Below are positions 1 to 9,871 of a stretch of DNA of 64,000 nt, piece after piece. How positions within the stretch are numbered: the stretch's first letter is position 1; every line of letters starts with the position of its first letter. The notes beneath the pieces were generated by a model. It did no database searches and was not told the DNA's origin. It saw nothing but the letters and a program-made list of their open reading frames with translations. This DNA is from an uncultured Candidatus Binatia bacterium. Its GTDB lineage: Bacteria; Desulfobacterota; Binatia; UBA9968; JAJDTQ01. The stretch spans positions 1,568,001 to 1,632,000 of the forward strand of contig OZ251459.1 of the NCBI GenBank assembly GCA_965242525.1, in the 5' to 3' direction. Made by a program: the position numbers and the translations under genes.

Positions 1-877
1 GGGTGGCCAGGAAGCCTGCGTGGGGGCCGCCGAATCCCAGGGGCACCCCGAAGCGCTGCGCGCTGCCCACCACCACGTCCGCGCCCATCTCCCCCGGAGG
101 CTTGAGCAGGCACAGGCCCAGCAGGTCCGCGGCCACCACCGTGGCCACGCCCCGGTCCCGACAACCGCGGAGGAACGGCTCCAGGTCCCGGACCGCCCCG
201 CTCGCGCCCGGATACTGGACCAGCGCGGCGAACGCGTCTTCCGGCGGCTCCCCTTCCCCGGCGCCCGCAACGACCTCCACGCCCAAGGGTCCTGCCCGGG
301 TGCCCACCACCTCCAGGGTCTGCGAGAAGACGTCCTCGGAGACCCAGAGCTTGCGCCGCCCCCGCTTCTCCGCGTTGAAGGCCAGGAACACCGCCTCCGC
401 GGCCGCGGTCCCCTCGTCCAGCAGCGACGCATTGGCCATGTCCATGGCGGTCAGGTCCGCCACCAGGGTCTGGAAGTTCAACAGGGCCTCCAGGCGGCCC
501 TGGGAGACCTCCGGTTGGTAGGGCGTATAGGCAGTGTACCAGCCCGGGTTCTCCAGGATGTTCCGAAGGATGACCGGGGGAGTGTGACAGTCGTAGTAGC
601 CCATGCCGATGTAGGAGCGGCACGGACGGTTGGCCGCAGCGATCTCCCGGGCCTCGCCCAGGAGCCGTTCTTCGCTCAGGGGTTCGGGCAGGTCCAGGGG
701 AGCGGAAGAGCGGATGCCCTCCGGCACCGCCCGTTCCACGAGCTGGTCCAGGGAGTCCAGGCCCAGGACACCGAGCATCTCACGGACCTCATCGGCGCCG
801 GGGCCGATGTGCCGCGACGCGAACGACTCTCGAAACCCGTTCCCGCGATCCGTCCGGTCCACCGCGTCACCCGTCAA
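1..877 (-). CDS. gcvP: Glycine dehydrogenase (decarboxylating), glycine cleavage P protein; 5' part only, runs off the window edge
   Basis: Manual minus-strand translation gives FASRHIGP...SYIGMGYY...ILRNILENPGWYTAYTPYQPEVSQGRLEALLNFQT...ANASLLDEGTAAAEA, the GcvP N-terminal signature. Start is TTG at 877 (overlapping the gcvH stop) or GTG at 862. Missing from the ORF track because its stop lies outside the window. Confidence 0.95.
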   Translation of the reverse strand, partial: MTGDAVDRTDRGNGFRESFASRHIGPGADEVREMLGVLGLDSLDQLVERAVPEGIRSSAPLDLPEPLSEERLLGEAREIAAANRPCRSYIGMGYYDCHTPPVILRNILENPGWYTAYTPYQPEVSQGRLEALLNFQTLVADLTAMDMANASLLDEGTAAAEAVFLAFNAEKRGRRKLWVSEDVFSQTLEVVGTRAGPLGVEVVAGAGEGEPPEDAFAALVQYPGASGAVRDLEPFLRGCRDRGVATVVAADLLGLCLLKPPGEMGADVVVGSAQRFGVPLGFGGPHAGFLAT

Positions 878-1272
878 TCGTCGTCGTCCTGGCCTTCACA
901 GTACGCCGCGTACTCTTCCGCGGTCATGAGGTCGTCGAGCTCTCCCGGGTCGGACATGGCCACCTTGATGATCCAGCCTTCGCCGTAGGGGTCGTCGTTG
1001 ATGAGCTCGGGCGTGTCCGGCAGCGCGTCGTTGACCTCGGTGACCTCGCCGCTGACGGGCGCGTAGAGGTCCGAGACCGCCTTCACCGACTCCACCGCGC
1101 CGAAGGGGTCGTCCTTGCTGACCTTCTCCCCCAACTCCGGCGCCTCCACATAGACCACGTCGCCCAGCTCGCTCTGGGCGAAATCCGATATTCCGATGAC
1201 GGCGCCGTTGTCGTTCTCCACCAGCACCCACTCGTGCTCCGTCGAATACTTCAAACCCTTCGGGAACTCCAT
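874..1272 (-). CDS. gcvH: Glycine cleavage system H protein
   Basis: YSTEHEWV, GISDFAQSELGDVVYV, lipoyl-Lys motif VESVKAVSDLYAP, NDDPYGEGW. Confidence 0.97.
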   Translation of the reverse strand: MEFPKGLKYSTEHEWVLVENDNGAVIGISDFAQSELGDVVYVEAPELGEKVSKDDPFGAVESVKAVSDLYAPVSGEVTEVNDALPDTPELINDDPYGEGWIIKVAMSDPGELDDLMTAEEYAAYCEGQDDDD

Positions 1273-1374
1273 CGGATCCTCCTTGGCGGCGCGCCTCGCT
1301 ACGAGCGCGGGGAACTACGGATCGAGAAACATGAGCGTCTGAACCGTTCCGGCTCGGGTTTCCTCTCCCTGCCT

Positions 1375-1430
1375 GTGGGAAAGCGCGCCCTTCGACTTCG
1401 CTTCGCTACGCTCAAGGCGAACGGGGTTCG
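1375..1430 (+). repeat. REP-like intergenic repeat, family A (CTTCGACTTCGCTTCGCTACGCTCAGGACGAACGG)
   Basis: Near-identical copies at about 3912, 11615, 13638, 39398, 39690, 45220, 52380 and 52552, all intergenic. Confidence 0.8.
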
Positions 1431-1502
1431 TCGTTCCGCGCTTCCGGGGCCATGTTCTTCCGCGGCCGTGTGCCTCCGGGGCGCCCCGCGGACACGCCGC
1501 GT

Positions 1503-2618
1503 CTATGGGACGAAGGGCACGCGGACGACCCGGGCGCGGATTCGCCGGCCGCGGACATCCACCCGGAGCTCGGCGCCCCGGGCCGAGAGGTCCGCGGACA
1601 CGTAGGCCAGGGCGATGGCCTTGCCCAGGGTCGGGGACATCGTGCCGCTGGTCACCCGCCCCACCTCGTCGTCGCCGTGGAACACCCGGTGGCCTTCCCG
1701 GGCGATGCCGGGATCCTCCATCTCCAGGCCCACCAGGCGGCGCGGGGGCGGCTCCTGTTGCGACAGGGCCTCCGAACCCACGAAGGGACCCTTGTCCGGC
1801 TTGGCGACCCAACCGAGCCGGGCCTCCCGCGGGGTGGTGGTCTCGTCGATCTCGCGCCCGTAGAGCGGGAACCCTTTCTCCAGGCGGAGGGTGTCCCTGG
1901 CCCCCAAACCGGCAGGCTCCACTTCGCCCCCGCCCATCAGCACGTCCCACAGCCGCACCCCGTCCTCCGCGGCGCAGTAGAGCTCGAAACCGTCCTCGCC
2001 GGTGTAACCGGTGCGCGACACCATGCAGCGAACCCCGCCCACCTCCCCCGGGCCGAAGTCGAAGGCCCTGAGCGCGGGCAGGTGGACGTCGGTCAACGGC
2101 CCCAGCACCCCCTCGGACGCCGGCCCCTGGAGCGCCAGCAGGGCATAGGAGTCGCCCACGTCCCGCACGGCCACGTCGCCGCCCGCGTGACTCGCCAGCC
2201 ACTCGAAATCCGCCCGGCTCCTGGCCGCGTTGACGCACAACAGGTAGCGCTCGGGCTCCAGCCGAAAGAGCACGAGGTCGTCGATGACCCCGGCATCCTC
2301 GTTCAACAACAAGGTGTATTGGGACTGCAACGGCTTCAGTCGCTCCACGTCGTTGGCGGTGAGCCGCTGACAGAACCCGGAAGCCCCCGGACCGGCCACC
2401 TCGATCTCCCCCATGTGGCTCACGTCGAACAGTCCCGCCCGGGACCGCACCGCGGCGTGCTCCACCTGGATGCCCCGGTAGCGGATGGGCATCTCCCACC
2501 CTGCGAACTCCCCCATGCGGGCGCCGAGGGCCTGGTGGCGCGGGTGGAGCGGAGTCCTCCTGAGCGTTTCCCGCGGCGCGCCGCCCCGGTCCCTGGCGCT
2601 GGCCCCCGCCGCGGTCAT
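1503..2618 (-). CDS. gcvT: Glycine cleavage system aminomethyltransferase T
   Basis: [48 protein letters not shown]. True start is ATG 2618, overlapping the folD stop (ATGA). The track ORF's upstream extension is a shadow of folD. Confidence 0.95.
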   Translation of the reverse strand: MTAAGASARDRGGAPRETLRRTPLHPRHQALGARMGEFAGWEMPIRYRGIQVEHAAVRSRAGLFDVSHMGEIEVAGPGASGFCQRLTANDVERLKPLQSQYTLLLNEDAGVIDDLVLFRLEPERYLLCVNAARSRADFEWLASHAGGDVAVRDVGDSYALLALQGPASEGVLGPLTDVHLPALRAFDFGPGEVGGVRCMVSRTGYTGEDGFELYCAAEDGVRLWDVLMGGGEVEPAGLGARDTLRLEKGFPLYGREIDETTTPREARLGWVAKPDKGPFVGSEALSQQEPPPRRLVGLEMEDPGIAREGHRVFHGDDEVGRVTSGTMSPTLGKAIALAYVSADLSARGAELRVDVRGRRIRARVVRVPFVP

Positions 2619-3466
2619 GGTTGGCCCAGGGACCGCCGGGCCGACAGGAGGGTGTTGGACAACAACATGCAGATGGTCATGGGACCCACGCCCCCGGGCA
2701 CCGGCGAGATCCACGAGGCGCGCTCCCGGGCCGCGTCGAACTCCACGTCGCCCGCCAGCTTTCCGGTGGACCCGCGGTTGATGCCCACGTCGATGACCAC
2801 CGCGCCCGGCTTGATCCATCCTCCCGGGATGGCTCCGGCCTTGCCCACCGCGGCCACCAGCACGTCGGCCCGCCCCACCTCCCGGGACAGGTCCGCGGTC
2901 CGGGAGTGGCACAGGGTGACGGTGGCGTGGCGGGCGAGCAGCATGAGCGCCACCGGCTTGCCCACGATGTTGCTGCGCCCCACCACCACCGCGGCCTTGC
3001 CCCGGAGCTCGCAGCCCACGGAATCCAGCAACTCCATGATCCCCAGGGGGGTGCAGGGCCGGAACCCCTCGCCGCCGGAGAGCAGCAGCCCCTGGTTCAC
3101 CGGATGGAACCCGTCCACGTCCTTGTCCGGGGACACCGCCCGGAGCACCCGGTCCGACCCGATGGAGTCGGGCAGGGGCAGTTGCACGAGGATGCCGTGG
3201 ATGGCCGGGTCCCGGTTGAGCCGGTCGATCAGGGCCAGGATCTCCTGCTCGGACACCGTGGCGGGAAGCAGGTGCTCCACCGAACGGATGCCCACCTCCG
3301 CGCACGCCTTCTCCTTGTTCCGGACGTAGATGCGCGAGGCCGGGTCGTCGCCCACCAGCACCACCCCGAGCCCGGGCGTCACCCCGTGGCCGCTGCGCAG
3401 CCTCTCCACCCCGACCCGCACCTCTTCGCGCACCCGTTGCGCCACCGCCTTGCCGTCGATGATCAT
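2615..3466 (-). CDS. folD: Bifunctional methylenetetrahydrofolate dehydrogenase/cyclohydrolase
   Basis: [54 protein letters not shown]. Confidence 0.97.
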   Translation of the reverse strand: MIIDGKAVAQRVREEVRVGVERLRSGHGVTPGLGVVLVGDDPASRIYVRNKEKACAEVGIRSVEHLLPATVSEQEILALIDRLNRDPAIHGILVQLPLPDSIGSDRVLRAVSPDKDVDGFHPVNQGLLLSGGEGFRPCTPLGIMELLDSVGCELRGKAAVVVGRSNIVGKPVALMLLARHATVTLCHSRTADLSREVGRADVLVAAVGKAGAIPGGWIKPGAVVIDVGINRGSTGKLAGDVEFDAARERASWISPVPGGVGPMTICMLLSNTLLSARRSLGQP

Positions 3467-3537
3467 GCTCTCCCCGCCCCCGATACGCGCATGGAAACCC
3501 GGTTAACACGCCCGTGGGCACAGGTCAACGAAACCGG

Positions 3538-3955
3538 CTCTTCAGGAATTCGTGTGGATTGCGACACCCCCCATCCGTCATTTCCGCGAAAGCATGTCCT
3601 CGCGGAAGCGGGGGCGGGAATCCAGACCCTGCGAGCAAACCCCATGCACCCTGCATGAGAGGTTCGTACAACGAGAGTGAGGAAACCGGATGGATTCCCG
3701 CTTTCGCGGGAATGACGGGGGGCAGGCGTCCGCGGGAATGACGGGGGGATGGAGGATGACCTCCCCACCCTGCCCCCCTGTCCCCGTTCATCCTGAGCAC
3801 AGGCGGTCAGGACCCGATGACGGCCCACAAACTCCACGGCCCCAAGGGGGGTGGTCCCCGTTCGTCCTGAGCGTAGCCGGTCAGGACCCGGACGGACGCC
3901 GGCGCTCCCATCCCCGTTCGTCCTGAGCGTAGCGAAGCGGAGTCGAAGGACGGGA
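3538..3955. repeat. Composite REP/REPIN-like cluster: family B palindromes (GTCATTCCCGCGAAAGCGGGAATCC-type) plus family A copies
   Basis: Inverted GTCATT(T/C)CCGCGAAAGC ... GCTTTCGCGGGAATGAC arms at about 3578-3716 and family A copies at 3783-3952. Homologous to 44925-45130 and 52635-52730. Confidence 0.8.
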
Positions 3956-4022
3956 TCATGTCCCCTGTCCCGACCGGCCCTCGCCTTGACACTCCGGAGG
4001 CGCTCGCGTACCAATTGGAAGA

Positions 4023-5141
4023 ATGGTCGTAGGCGTGCCCAAGGAGCTGAAGACCGAGGAGAACCGCATCGCGCTCACGCCCGCGGGGGCCGCGGCCTTC
4101 GTGGCCCGCGGGCACCAGGTGCTGGTGGAGCGCAACGCCGGTCGGGGCAGCCGCTTCCCCAACCGCGCCTACACCGCCGCGGGGGCTACGGTGCTGGACC
4201 GGGCGCGGGAGGTGTGGAGCCGCTCGGACTTGGTGATGAAGGTCAAGGAGCCGGTGCCCGAGGAGTTCGCCTGCCTGAGGCCGGACCTGACCCTGTTCAC
4301 CTACCTCCACCTCGCCGCCAACCCCGAGCTCACGGACACCCTGCGCGAGAAGCGGGTCGCCGCGGTGGGCTATGAGACCATCGAGCTGGACGACGGCTCG
4401 TTGCCCTTGCTGACGCCCATGAGCGAGATCGCCGGACGCCTGTCGCTGCAGGTGGGGGCGTGGTGCCTGCAGGCGGAGAACGGCGGTCGGGGAGTGCTGC
4501 TGGGAGGCGCCTCGGGGGTGCGGCCGGGCAAGGTGGTGGTCATCGGCGCCGGCGCCGTGGGCGCCTCCGCGTGCCAGGTGGCCGCGGGCATGGGCGCGGA
4601 CGTGAGCGTGCTGGACGTGAACCCCGCCCGGCTGCGCTACCTCCGGGACATCCTCGGCGGACGGCTCACCACCCTGGCATCCAACCAGGCCAACCTGGAG
4701 GAAGAGATCGTGGACGCGGACCTGGTGGTGGGCTCCGTGCTGATCATCGGGGACCGGACTCCCCTGTTGCTGCGGCGGGACCGGGTGCGGAAGATGAAGC
4801 GGGGCGCGGCCATCGTCGACGTCTCCATCGACCAGGGAGGGTTCGCCGAGACGTCCCGGCCCACCACCCACCGGGACCCCACCTACGTGGAGGAGCGGGT
4901 GGTGCACTACTGCGTCTCCAACATGCCGTCCCTGGTGCCCCACACATCCACCTACGCCCTGACCAACGCCACCCTGTCCTACGGCCTGGAGATCGCGGAC
5001 AAGGGTCTGCAACGGGCCATGCGGGAGAGCCGCCCGCTGGCGCGGGGGCTCAACGTCCACGACGGCAGGGTGACCCATGCAGGGGTCGCCAGCGCCCTGG
5101 AGGCGCCCCTGACGCCGGTGGAGGAGGCGCTTGGCGCATGA
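4023..5141 (+). CDS. ald: Alanine dehydrogenase
   Basis: GVPKELK..ENRIALTP, KVKEP, LFTYLHLAA, PLLTPMSEIAGR, GAGAVG, IDQGG, HYCVSNMP. Confidence 0.96.
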   Translation: MVVGVPKELKTEENRIALTPAGAAAFVARGHQVLVERNAGRGSRFPNRAYTAAGATVLDRAREVWSRSDLVMKVKEPVPEEFACLRPDLTLFTYLHLAANPELTDTLREKRVAAVGYETIELDDGSLPLLTPMSEIAGRLSLQVGAWCLQAENGGRGVLLGGASGVRPGKVVVIGAGAVGASACQVAAGMGADVSVLDVNPARLRYLRDILGGRLTTLASNQANLEEEIVDADLVVGSVLIIGDRTPLLLRRDRVRKMKRGAAIVDVSIDQGGFAETSRPTTHRDPTYVEERVVHYCVSNMPSLVPHTSTYALTNATLSYGLEIADKGLQRAMRESRPLARGLNVHDGRVTHAGVASALEAPLTPVEEALGA

Positions 5142-6079
5142 GGCTGGTGACCCGACCCGACTTCGACGGCATCGTGTGCGGCGCCCTGATTACCGCGCTG
5201 GAGGACATCGACTCCTACCTGTTCGTGGAGCCCAAGTTCATGCAGGACGGCGCGGTGGAAATCCGCGCCGGCGACGTCATCGCCAACCTGCCCTACCACC
5301 CGGCCTGCACCCTGTGGTTCGACCACCATTTCACCAACGGCGCCTCGGGTTTCGACCGTCCCGTGGTCCCGGGCCGCGGCGCCTTCCGGCTGGCGCCGAG
5401 CGCGGCCCGGGTGGTCTTCGAGTACTACTCGGAGGTTCCCGGGGCCTCGGAGGCGCGCTACCGTTCCGGCCTGCGCATGATGCGCTCCGAGCGGGTGACC
5501 GCGCTGCTCGAGGACACGGACAAGATCGACGGCGGGACCCTGACCCGGGAGGACGTGCTGCGGCCGTCGGGCTACGTGCTCGTCTCCATGACCATCTACG
5601 GGAAGGACGAGGCCGAGGAGCCCTACTGGCGCCGCCTGATCCGCCTGGTCCGGGACCGCACCCTGGACGAGGTGCTGGACGACGCGGAAGTCCGCGTGCG
5701 CTGCCAACGCATCCTGGACATGCAGGAACGGCTGCGGCAACAGTTGCTGGCGCGCGCGGAGGCGAGGGGGAACGTCATATTCCTCGACCTCCGGGACACC
5801 GAGGACCTGACCGACGCCAACCGTTTCCTGCTCTACACCCTGTTCCCGGACGGGAACGTCTCCATGAAGGTCTCCCGGGACCCCCAGAGGCCGGACACCA
5901 CCGCCATCTCCGTGGGCTACAACATCTTCAACCCCACCTCCTCGGTCAACGTGGGCGAGCTGCTCAGCCATTACGGCGGCGGCGGCCACCGGGTGGTGGG
6001 GTCGTGCAGGGTGCCGGACGCGGACGCCGGGCGCGCCGTCCGCGAGATCCTGGGCCGCATCTCGGAACCGGCCGCGTAA
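5138..6079 (+). CDS. DHH/DHHA1-family phosphoesterase (exopolyphosphatase/nanoRNase-like)
   Basis: MRLVTRPDFDG, WFDHH and C-terminal GGGGH motifs. ATG overlaps the ald stop. Confidence 0.85.
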   Translation: MRLVTRPDFDGIVCGALITALEDIDSYLFVEPKFMQDGAVEIRAGDVIANLPYHPACTLWFDHHFTNGASGFDRPVVPGRGAFRLAPSAARVVFEYYSEVPGASEARYRSGLRMMRSERVTALLEDTDKIDGGTLTREDVLRPSGYVLVSMTIYGKDEAEEPYWRRLIRLVRDRTLDEVLDDAEVRVRCQRILDMQERLRQQLLARAEARGNVIFLDLRDTEDLTDANRFLLYTLFPDGNVSMKVSRDPQRPDTTAISVGYNIFNPTSSVNVGELLSHYGGGGHRVVGSCRVPDADAGRAVREILGRISEPAA

Positions 6080-6091
6080 GCAGGGATCCCC

Positions 6092-6448
6092 GTGTCCAAC
6101 CGTCCGCCGTCCGGTCCGATGACCGTGAGCATCGACGAAGCCCTGGCCGAGCTCGCCGAGGTCAACTCGGAGATCCGCCACAAGAGCTGCATCGAAGGGG
6201 ACGGCTTCCGCGTGGGCCTGGTCTCCTTCCGCCCCGGGGCGGCGTCCGACCCGAAACAGGTCGTCCACGACGACAAGGACGTGGTGTGCCACGTGCTGCG
6301 CGGCCGCGGCCGGCTGCGCGCCGCAGGGGAGGTGACGGAGCTCGCGCCGGGGATGCTCTGCCACGTCCCGAGAGGCGTGCCCCACGACTTCGCGGCCCGA
6401 GGGGGCGAACTGGTACTGTGCTATTCGCTCATCACCGCAAGGTCCTGA
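6092..6448 (+). CDS. Cupin-domain protein
   Basis: VVHDDKDVVCHVLRGRG...LAPG...VPRGVPHDF cupin motifs. Confidence 0.8.
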   Translation: MSNRPPSGPMTVSIDEALAELAEVNSEIRHKSCIEGDGFRVGLVSFRPGAASDPKQVVHDDKDVVCHVLRGRGRLRAAGEVTELAPGMLCHVPRGVPHDFAARGGELVLCYSLITARS

Positions 6449-7356
6449 CGACCCGGGCGCTGCCGTGGGCGGCAGCGCTCCTCCTGGCGGCCGGCTGCGC
6501 CGGACCCGCGGCCCGGGCGCCGGCGCCGGACCCGCGTTACGCGCAGCCGGCGAACCTGCTGGAGATCGTCGGCGAGTTCCAGCGGCTTTCGCGGGAGGAC
6601 ACCTACCGTTTCCACGTGCCCAAGGACGTGACCGGCGCCAGCATCCTGAAGGCCACCCTGCTGCGGCTGGACGACTACGAGCGCAAGCACGGGAACGGCT
6701 ACCGCGACATCGTGGAGTTCACCCGGGCCACCGCGTACGAGCGTCTCAGGGACTACTCCCGCGCCATCCGCCACTACCGCGCCGCGGCCCGGGGAGGAGG
6801 CGAACTGGCGGAACCGGCGAAGCGCCGACTCGACGCCCTGGAGGCGTTCCGGCGCATCGCCGGAGCGGCGCTTCCCACCGACGACCCCTTCAAGCACATC
6901 GAGGCGCTGGACGAGAGGGTGCTGGCCTGGGACGCGCTGGGCCGGCAGCACGCGGGGACCCCGCTGGAGCACCTGGCCCGGGTGGAGGCGGAACGCATCG
7001 ACCGGGCCAAGGTGGCTTTCGTGGAGCTCAACCGGCATCGCCTGAACCAGGGCAACGAGCTCGTGGTCCTGGGTTACGGCGAACTCCTCTCCCGGCACGT
7101 GCAGAGCAAGAACTACCACCGCCACCTGCTGGACTTCGGCGACTACTACGTGAGCCTGGCCAGGGAGTACTCCATCCGCCGCGACCCGGAGGGCCTGGAC
7201 TTCGACATGGAGACCTTCGAGGGGTTCGCGAGTTCCGCCATGAGGCTCTATGCGGAAGTGGCCCAACAGGACGGCGCGCCCGAGAAGGTGGAGGCCAACG
7301 GCAAGCTCGCCAGCCTGAAAGGTCTCATGGAGCAGATGAGGAGACGCAACCGATGA
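6418..7356 (+). CDS. Putative lipoprotein, alpha-helical/TPR-like; start uncertain (GTG 6418 or about 6445)
   Basis: Signal peptide with lipobox LLLAAG-C followed by a coding-like helical sequence. Stop overlaps the next ATG. Confidence 0.7.
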   Translation: MLFAHHRKVLTTRALPWAAALLLAAGCAGPAARAPAPDPRYAQPANLLEIVGEFQRLSREDTYRFHVPKDVTGASILKATLLRLDDYERKHGNGYRDIVEFTRATAYERLRDYSRAIRHYRAAARGGGELAEPAKRRLDALEAFRRIAGAALPTDDPFKHIEALDERVLAWDALGRQHAGTPLEHLARVEAERIDRAKVAFVELNRHRLNQGNELVVLGYGELLSRHVQSKNYHRHLLDFGDYYVSLAREYSIRRDPEGLDFDMETFEGFASSAMRLYAEVAQQDGAPEKVEANGKLASLKGLMEQMRRRNR

Positions 7357-9827
7357 AGACCTGCGCGCTGGCCCTGTGCCTGGCGCTCCTGCTCCCGGCT
7401 TCCGCCTGGGCGCGGGGGGCCGGGGGCGCCATGGAGCGGCTGCGGGACCCCCTGTCCGGCTTCGACCCCTTCGAGCAGCCAGTGACGGCCGAAAGGTACT
7501 TTCCCGACGAGACCGAGAAGCGCGTGCGCCGGGTCCTCATCGACGCCCTCACCCGCCGCACCGAAGGGTTCCGCGAACACGTCCGCTATTTCGAGGAGCA
7601 GGAGGAGAACGCGGACGGCGGACTCGCCCACCTCGTGAGGGACCTCCACGACGGCAACCTCACGGACCGGGAAGCTTACCGGGACGCGCAACGAAGGGCG
7701 CTGGCCGAAGCCCCCTCCGACGTGCGGCAACGGGCGGTCCGCGCCCGGCTGCGCCGGGACGAGCTGGAAAGGGCCGACTCGCTGATGGCCGAGAGCCGGG
7801 TCGGGCGCTGGAACGCGCTCCTGAACCGCTTGCTGGGGCCGGTGGACCTGGTGAAGCTCGCGTCGGGATCCTACGTCACCGCGGCGGTGGATACCGCCTT
7901 CGCGGAGTTGCGGCGGGCCCGGGCGCCGCACATGCCCGCGGCCAAGCGCAAGGCCCTGGTGCTCTACAAACGCTTCCTGGAGCGTTTCCCGGACGACCCC
8001 CGGCGCGCGGAAGTGGAGCGGAAGATCGCCGACCTGGAAGCGGACCGGAAGGGCGCCTGGGTCCACGGCCGCCTGGCCCGTGCGGGCGAGGCGCTGGAGC
8101 GCGGGAAGGTCGGGGAGGCGGAGTTCCATGCCTACCTGGCCGCGGTGGCGGACCCGGAGGCCGAAGACGTGGAGCAGCGGTTCGAGGAGATCGACGCGGC
8201 CCGGGAGGCCCGGGACCAAGCCCGGCGCCGGAACCTTTCCGTGGCCGACGCCGACAGCTTGGCCGACGCCACCCCCGAGCAAAAGAGGGACCTGCGGGGG
8301 TTGCTGTACGCCCTGGCCAGGGGGGACGCCGCAGGGGCCGGGGAGCGGGCCCGGGACATGGGACGCCGCTACGCCCACGAGACCCTGGGGACCCTGGCCA
8401 AGGACGCCGAGGCCGTGGCCCTGGATCTCCGCGGACGCCGCGAAGCGGCCAAGGAGGTCCTGAACGAGATCGCCAACGCCGCCCCGTCCCCGAGACTGCG
8501 GCAACGGGCCCGGACGCTGCTGGACAGCCCGGAATACAACCTGCTGGGAGCGCTGGACCGGGCCCGCACCGGCTACCACCTGAAGCAGTTGCGGTTCGTG
8601 CTGCTGGGGGAGGACTTCCTCGAGAAGAACGCCATGGTCGGCGCGGCGCCGGTGATCACCCACGGCGTGGCCGGGGCCGCCACCCTGGGCGCGGCGAACG
8701 TCCTGATGGTGAGCGCCAACGTGCTGGAGATGCTCAGCGGGAACCCGGTGTCCAACCAGGCCGTCATCGACGCCGCGGCCCGGTACGTCCGCGTCCGGCC
8801 GGACTCCGGGAAGTCCGGCGACGTTTACCGGGTGCTGGGCGAGGCCTACGAGAGCAGAGGCCACCTGCACAAGGCGCTGTACTACTACAGGCTCTCCGGC
8901 AAGGTTCCGTCCGAAGAGACCCGGGCGCTGGAGGAGAGGGCCGGGCGAGCCCTGCTGGACGCGGCCGAAGGGACCGGCTCCCGGGAGCGGCAGCGGACCC
9001 TGTACCGGGCGCTCCTGGAGCATTACCCCGACACCGCGGCGGGCGAGCAGGCCAAGGGCCTGCTCGCCCGGCTGGTCTCCGCCAAGGGCCGCGGCTTCCG
9101 GTTGAGCAAACGCTTCCTCACCGACCACCCGCGCCTGCATGGACCGCAGGGGCTCGGCCTCAAGGCCGCCCTCTTCGACGGCAGCCTCGACAACCTGGAA
9201 TTGGCCGACACCGGCCTCAACGTCCTCGGACGCCACACGGTGATGCTGCACTACGACACCCCGTGGGGGCCGCAAAGCCGCGCCTATCCCATCGCCCGGA
9301 CCCGGGTGGAGGGGCTGGAAGCGCTGTTGCGCGAACGGCACTACGAGCGCGCGGCCATGGACGTGGACGAAAGGGACGAGGACAGCGTCGGCGGGTTCCC
9401 CGAATTCCCGGCCCGGTTGATGCGGCCGGAAGCCGCGGAGCGCGGCCGGGACGCCGCGGACCGGGAGTTCATACGCCGGACCGGGCGCGCCGCGGAGCCG
9501 CGCCCGCGCATACTCGACTACCAACTGCTGAGCGAGAAGGAATCGGACCCCCAGCGAGCCTACGGCCTGCCCACGCTCCAAGGCGGCGTGACCGCGTCCG
9601 GAGGGGTCAACGTGCGCGCAGACGCGCCCGGGTCCTTCCTGGCCGACGAACTGGTGATGGGCAACGACGCCGCCAGCCCCTACGCGGGCGCCCGGCTGCC
9701 GATACCCTTCCTCAAGGGTTTCGTCCCGGTGGACTTCATGGTCCGCGTGCGCCCCGGACTGCCGTCCGTCACGCCCCAGATCCGCAAACCGAAGACCACC
9801 GTGGACGATCCCCACCTATACGAGTGA
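7353..9827 (+). CDS. Large secreted hypothetical protein with TPR-like segments
   Basis: Signal peptide MKTCALALCLALLLPASAWA. TPR-like segments YKRFLERFPDDP, VYRVLGEAYESRG..KALYYY and LLEHYPDT. Confidence 0.75.
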   Translation: MKTCALALCLALLLPASAWARGAGGAMERLRDPLSGFDPFEQPVTAERYFPDETEKRVRRVLIDALTRRTEGFREHVRYFEEQEENADGGLAHLVRDLHDGNLTDREAYRDAQRRALAEAPSDVRQRAVRARLRRDELERADSLMAESRVGRWNALLNRLLGPVDLVKLASGSYVTAAVDTAFAELRRARAPHMPAAKRKALVLYKRFLERFPDDPRRAEVERKIADLEADRKGAWVHGRLARAGEALERGKVGEAEFHAYLAAVADPEAEDVEQRFEEIDAAREARDQARRRNLSVADADSLADATPEQKRDLRGLLYALARGDAAGAGERARDMGRRYAHETLGTLAKDAEAVALDLRGRREAAKEVLNEIANAAPSPRLRQRARTLLDSPEYNLLGALDRARTGYHLKQLRFVLLGEDFLEKNAMVGAAPVITHGVAGAATLGAANVLMVSANVLEMLSGNPVSNQAVIDAAARYVRVRPDSGKSGDVYRVLGEAYESRGHLHKALYYYRLSGKVPSEETRALEERAGRALLDAAEGTGSRERQRTLYRALLEHYPDTAAGEQAKGLLARLVSAKGRGFRLSKRFLTDHPRLHGPQGLGLKAALFDGSLDNLELADTGLNVLGRHTVMLHYDTPWGPQSRAYPIARTRVEGLEALLRERHYERAAMDVDERDEDSVGGFPEFPARLMRPEAAERGRDAADREFIRRTGRAAEPRPRILDYQLLSEKESDPQRAYGLPTLQGGVTASGGVNVRADAPGSFLADELVMGNDAASPYAGARLPIPFLKGFVPVDFMVRVRPGLPSVTPQIRKPKTTVDDPHLYE

Positions 9828-9871
9828 CCGGCCTCCGCCGGACTCGCGTCATCCGGCAAGCGCGCCGCCGG

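Noticed and set aside
1503-3521. 672-aa GcvT fusion protein
   Set aside because: The N-terminal ~300 aa is an alternative-frame shadow of folD; gcvT starts at 2618.
3470-4020. Glycine or folate-related riboswitch upstream of folD-gcv
   Set aside because: The region is explained by REP-like repeats, and no riboswitch consensus could be recognised by eye; an Rfam scan would settle it.
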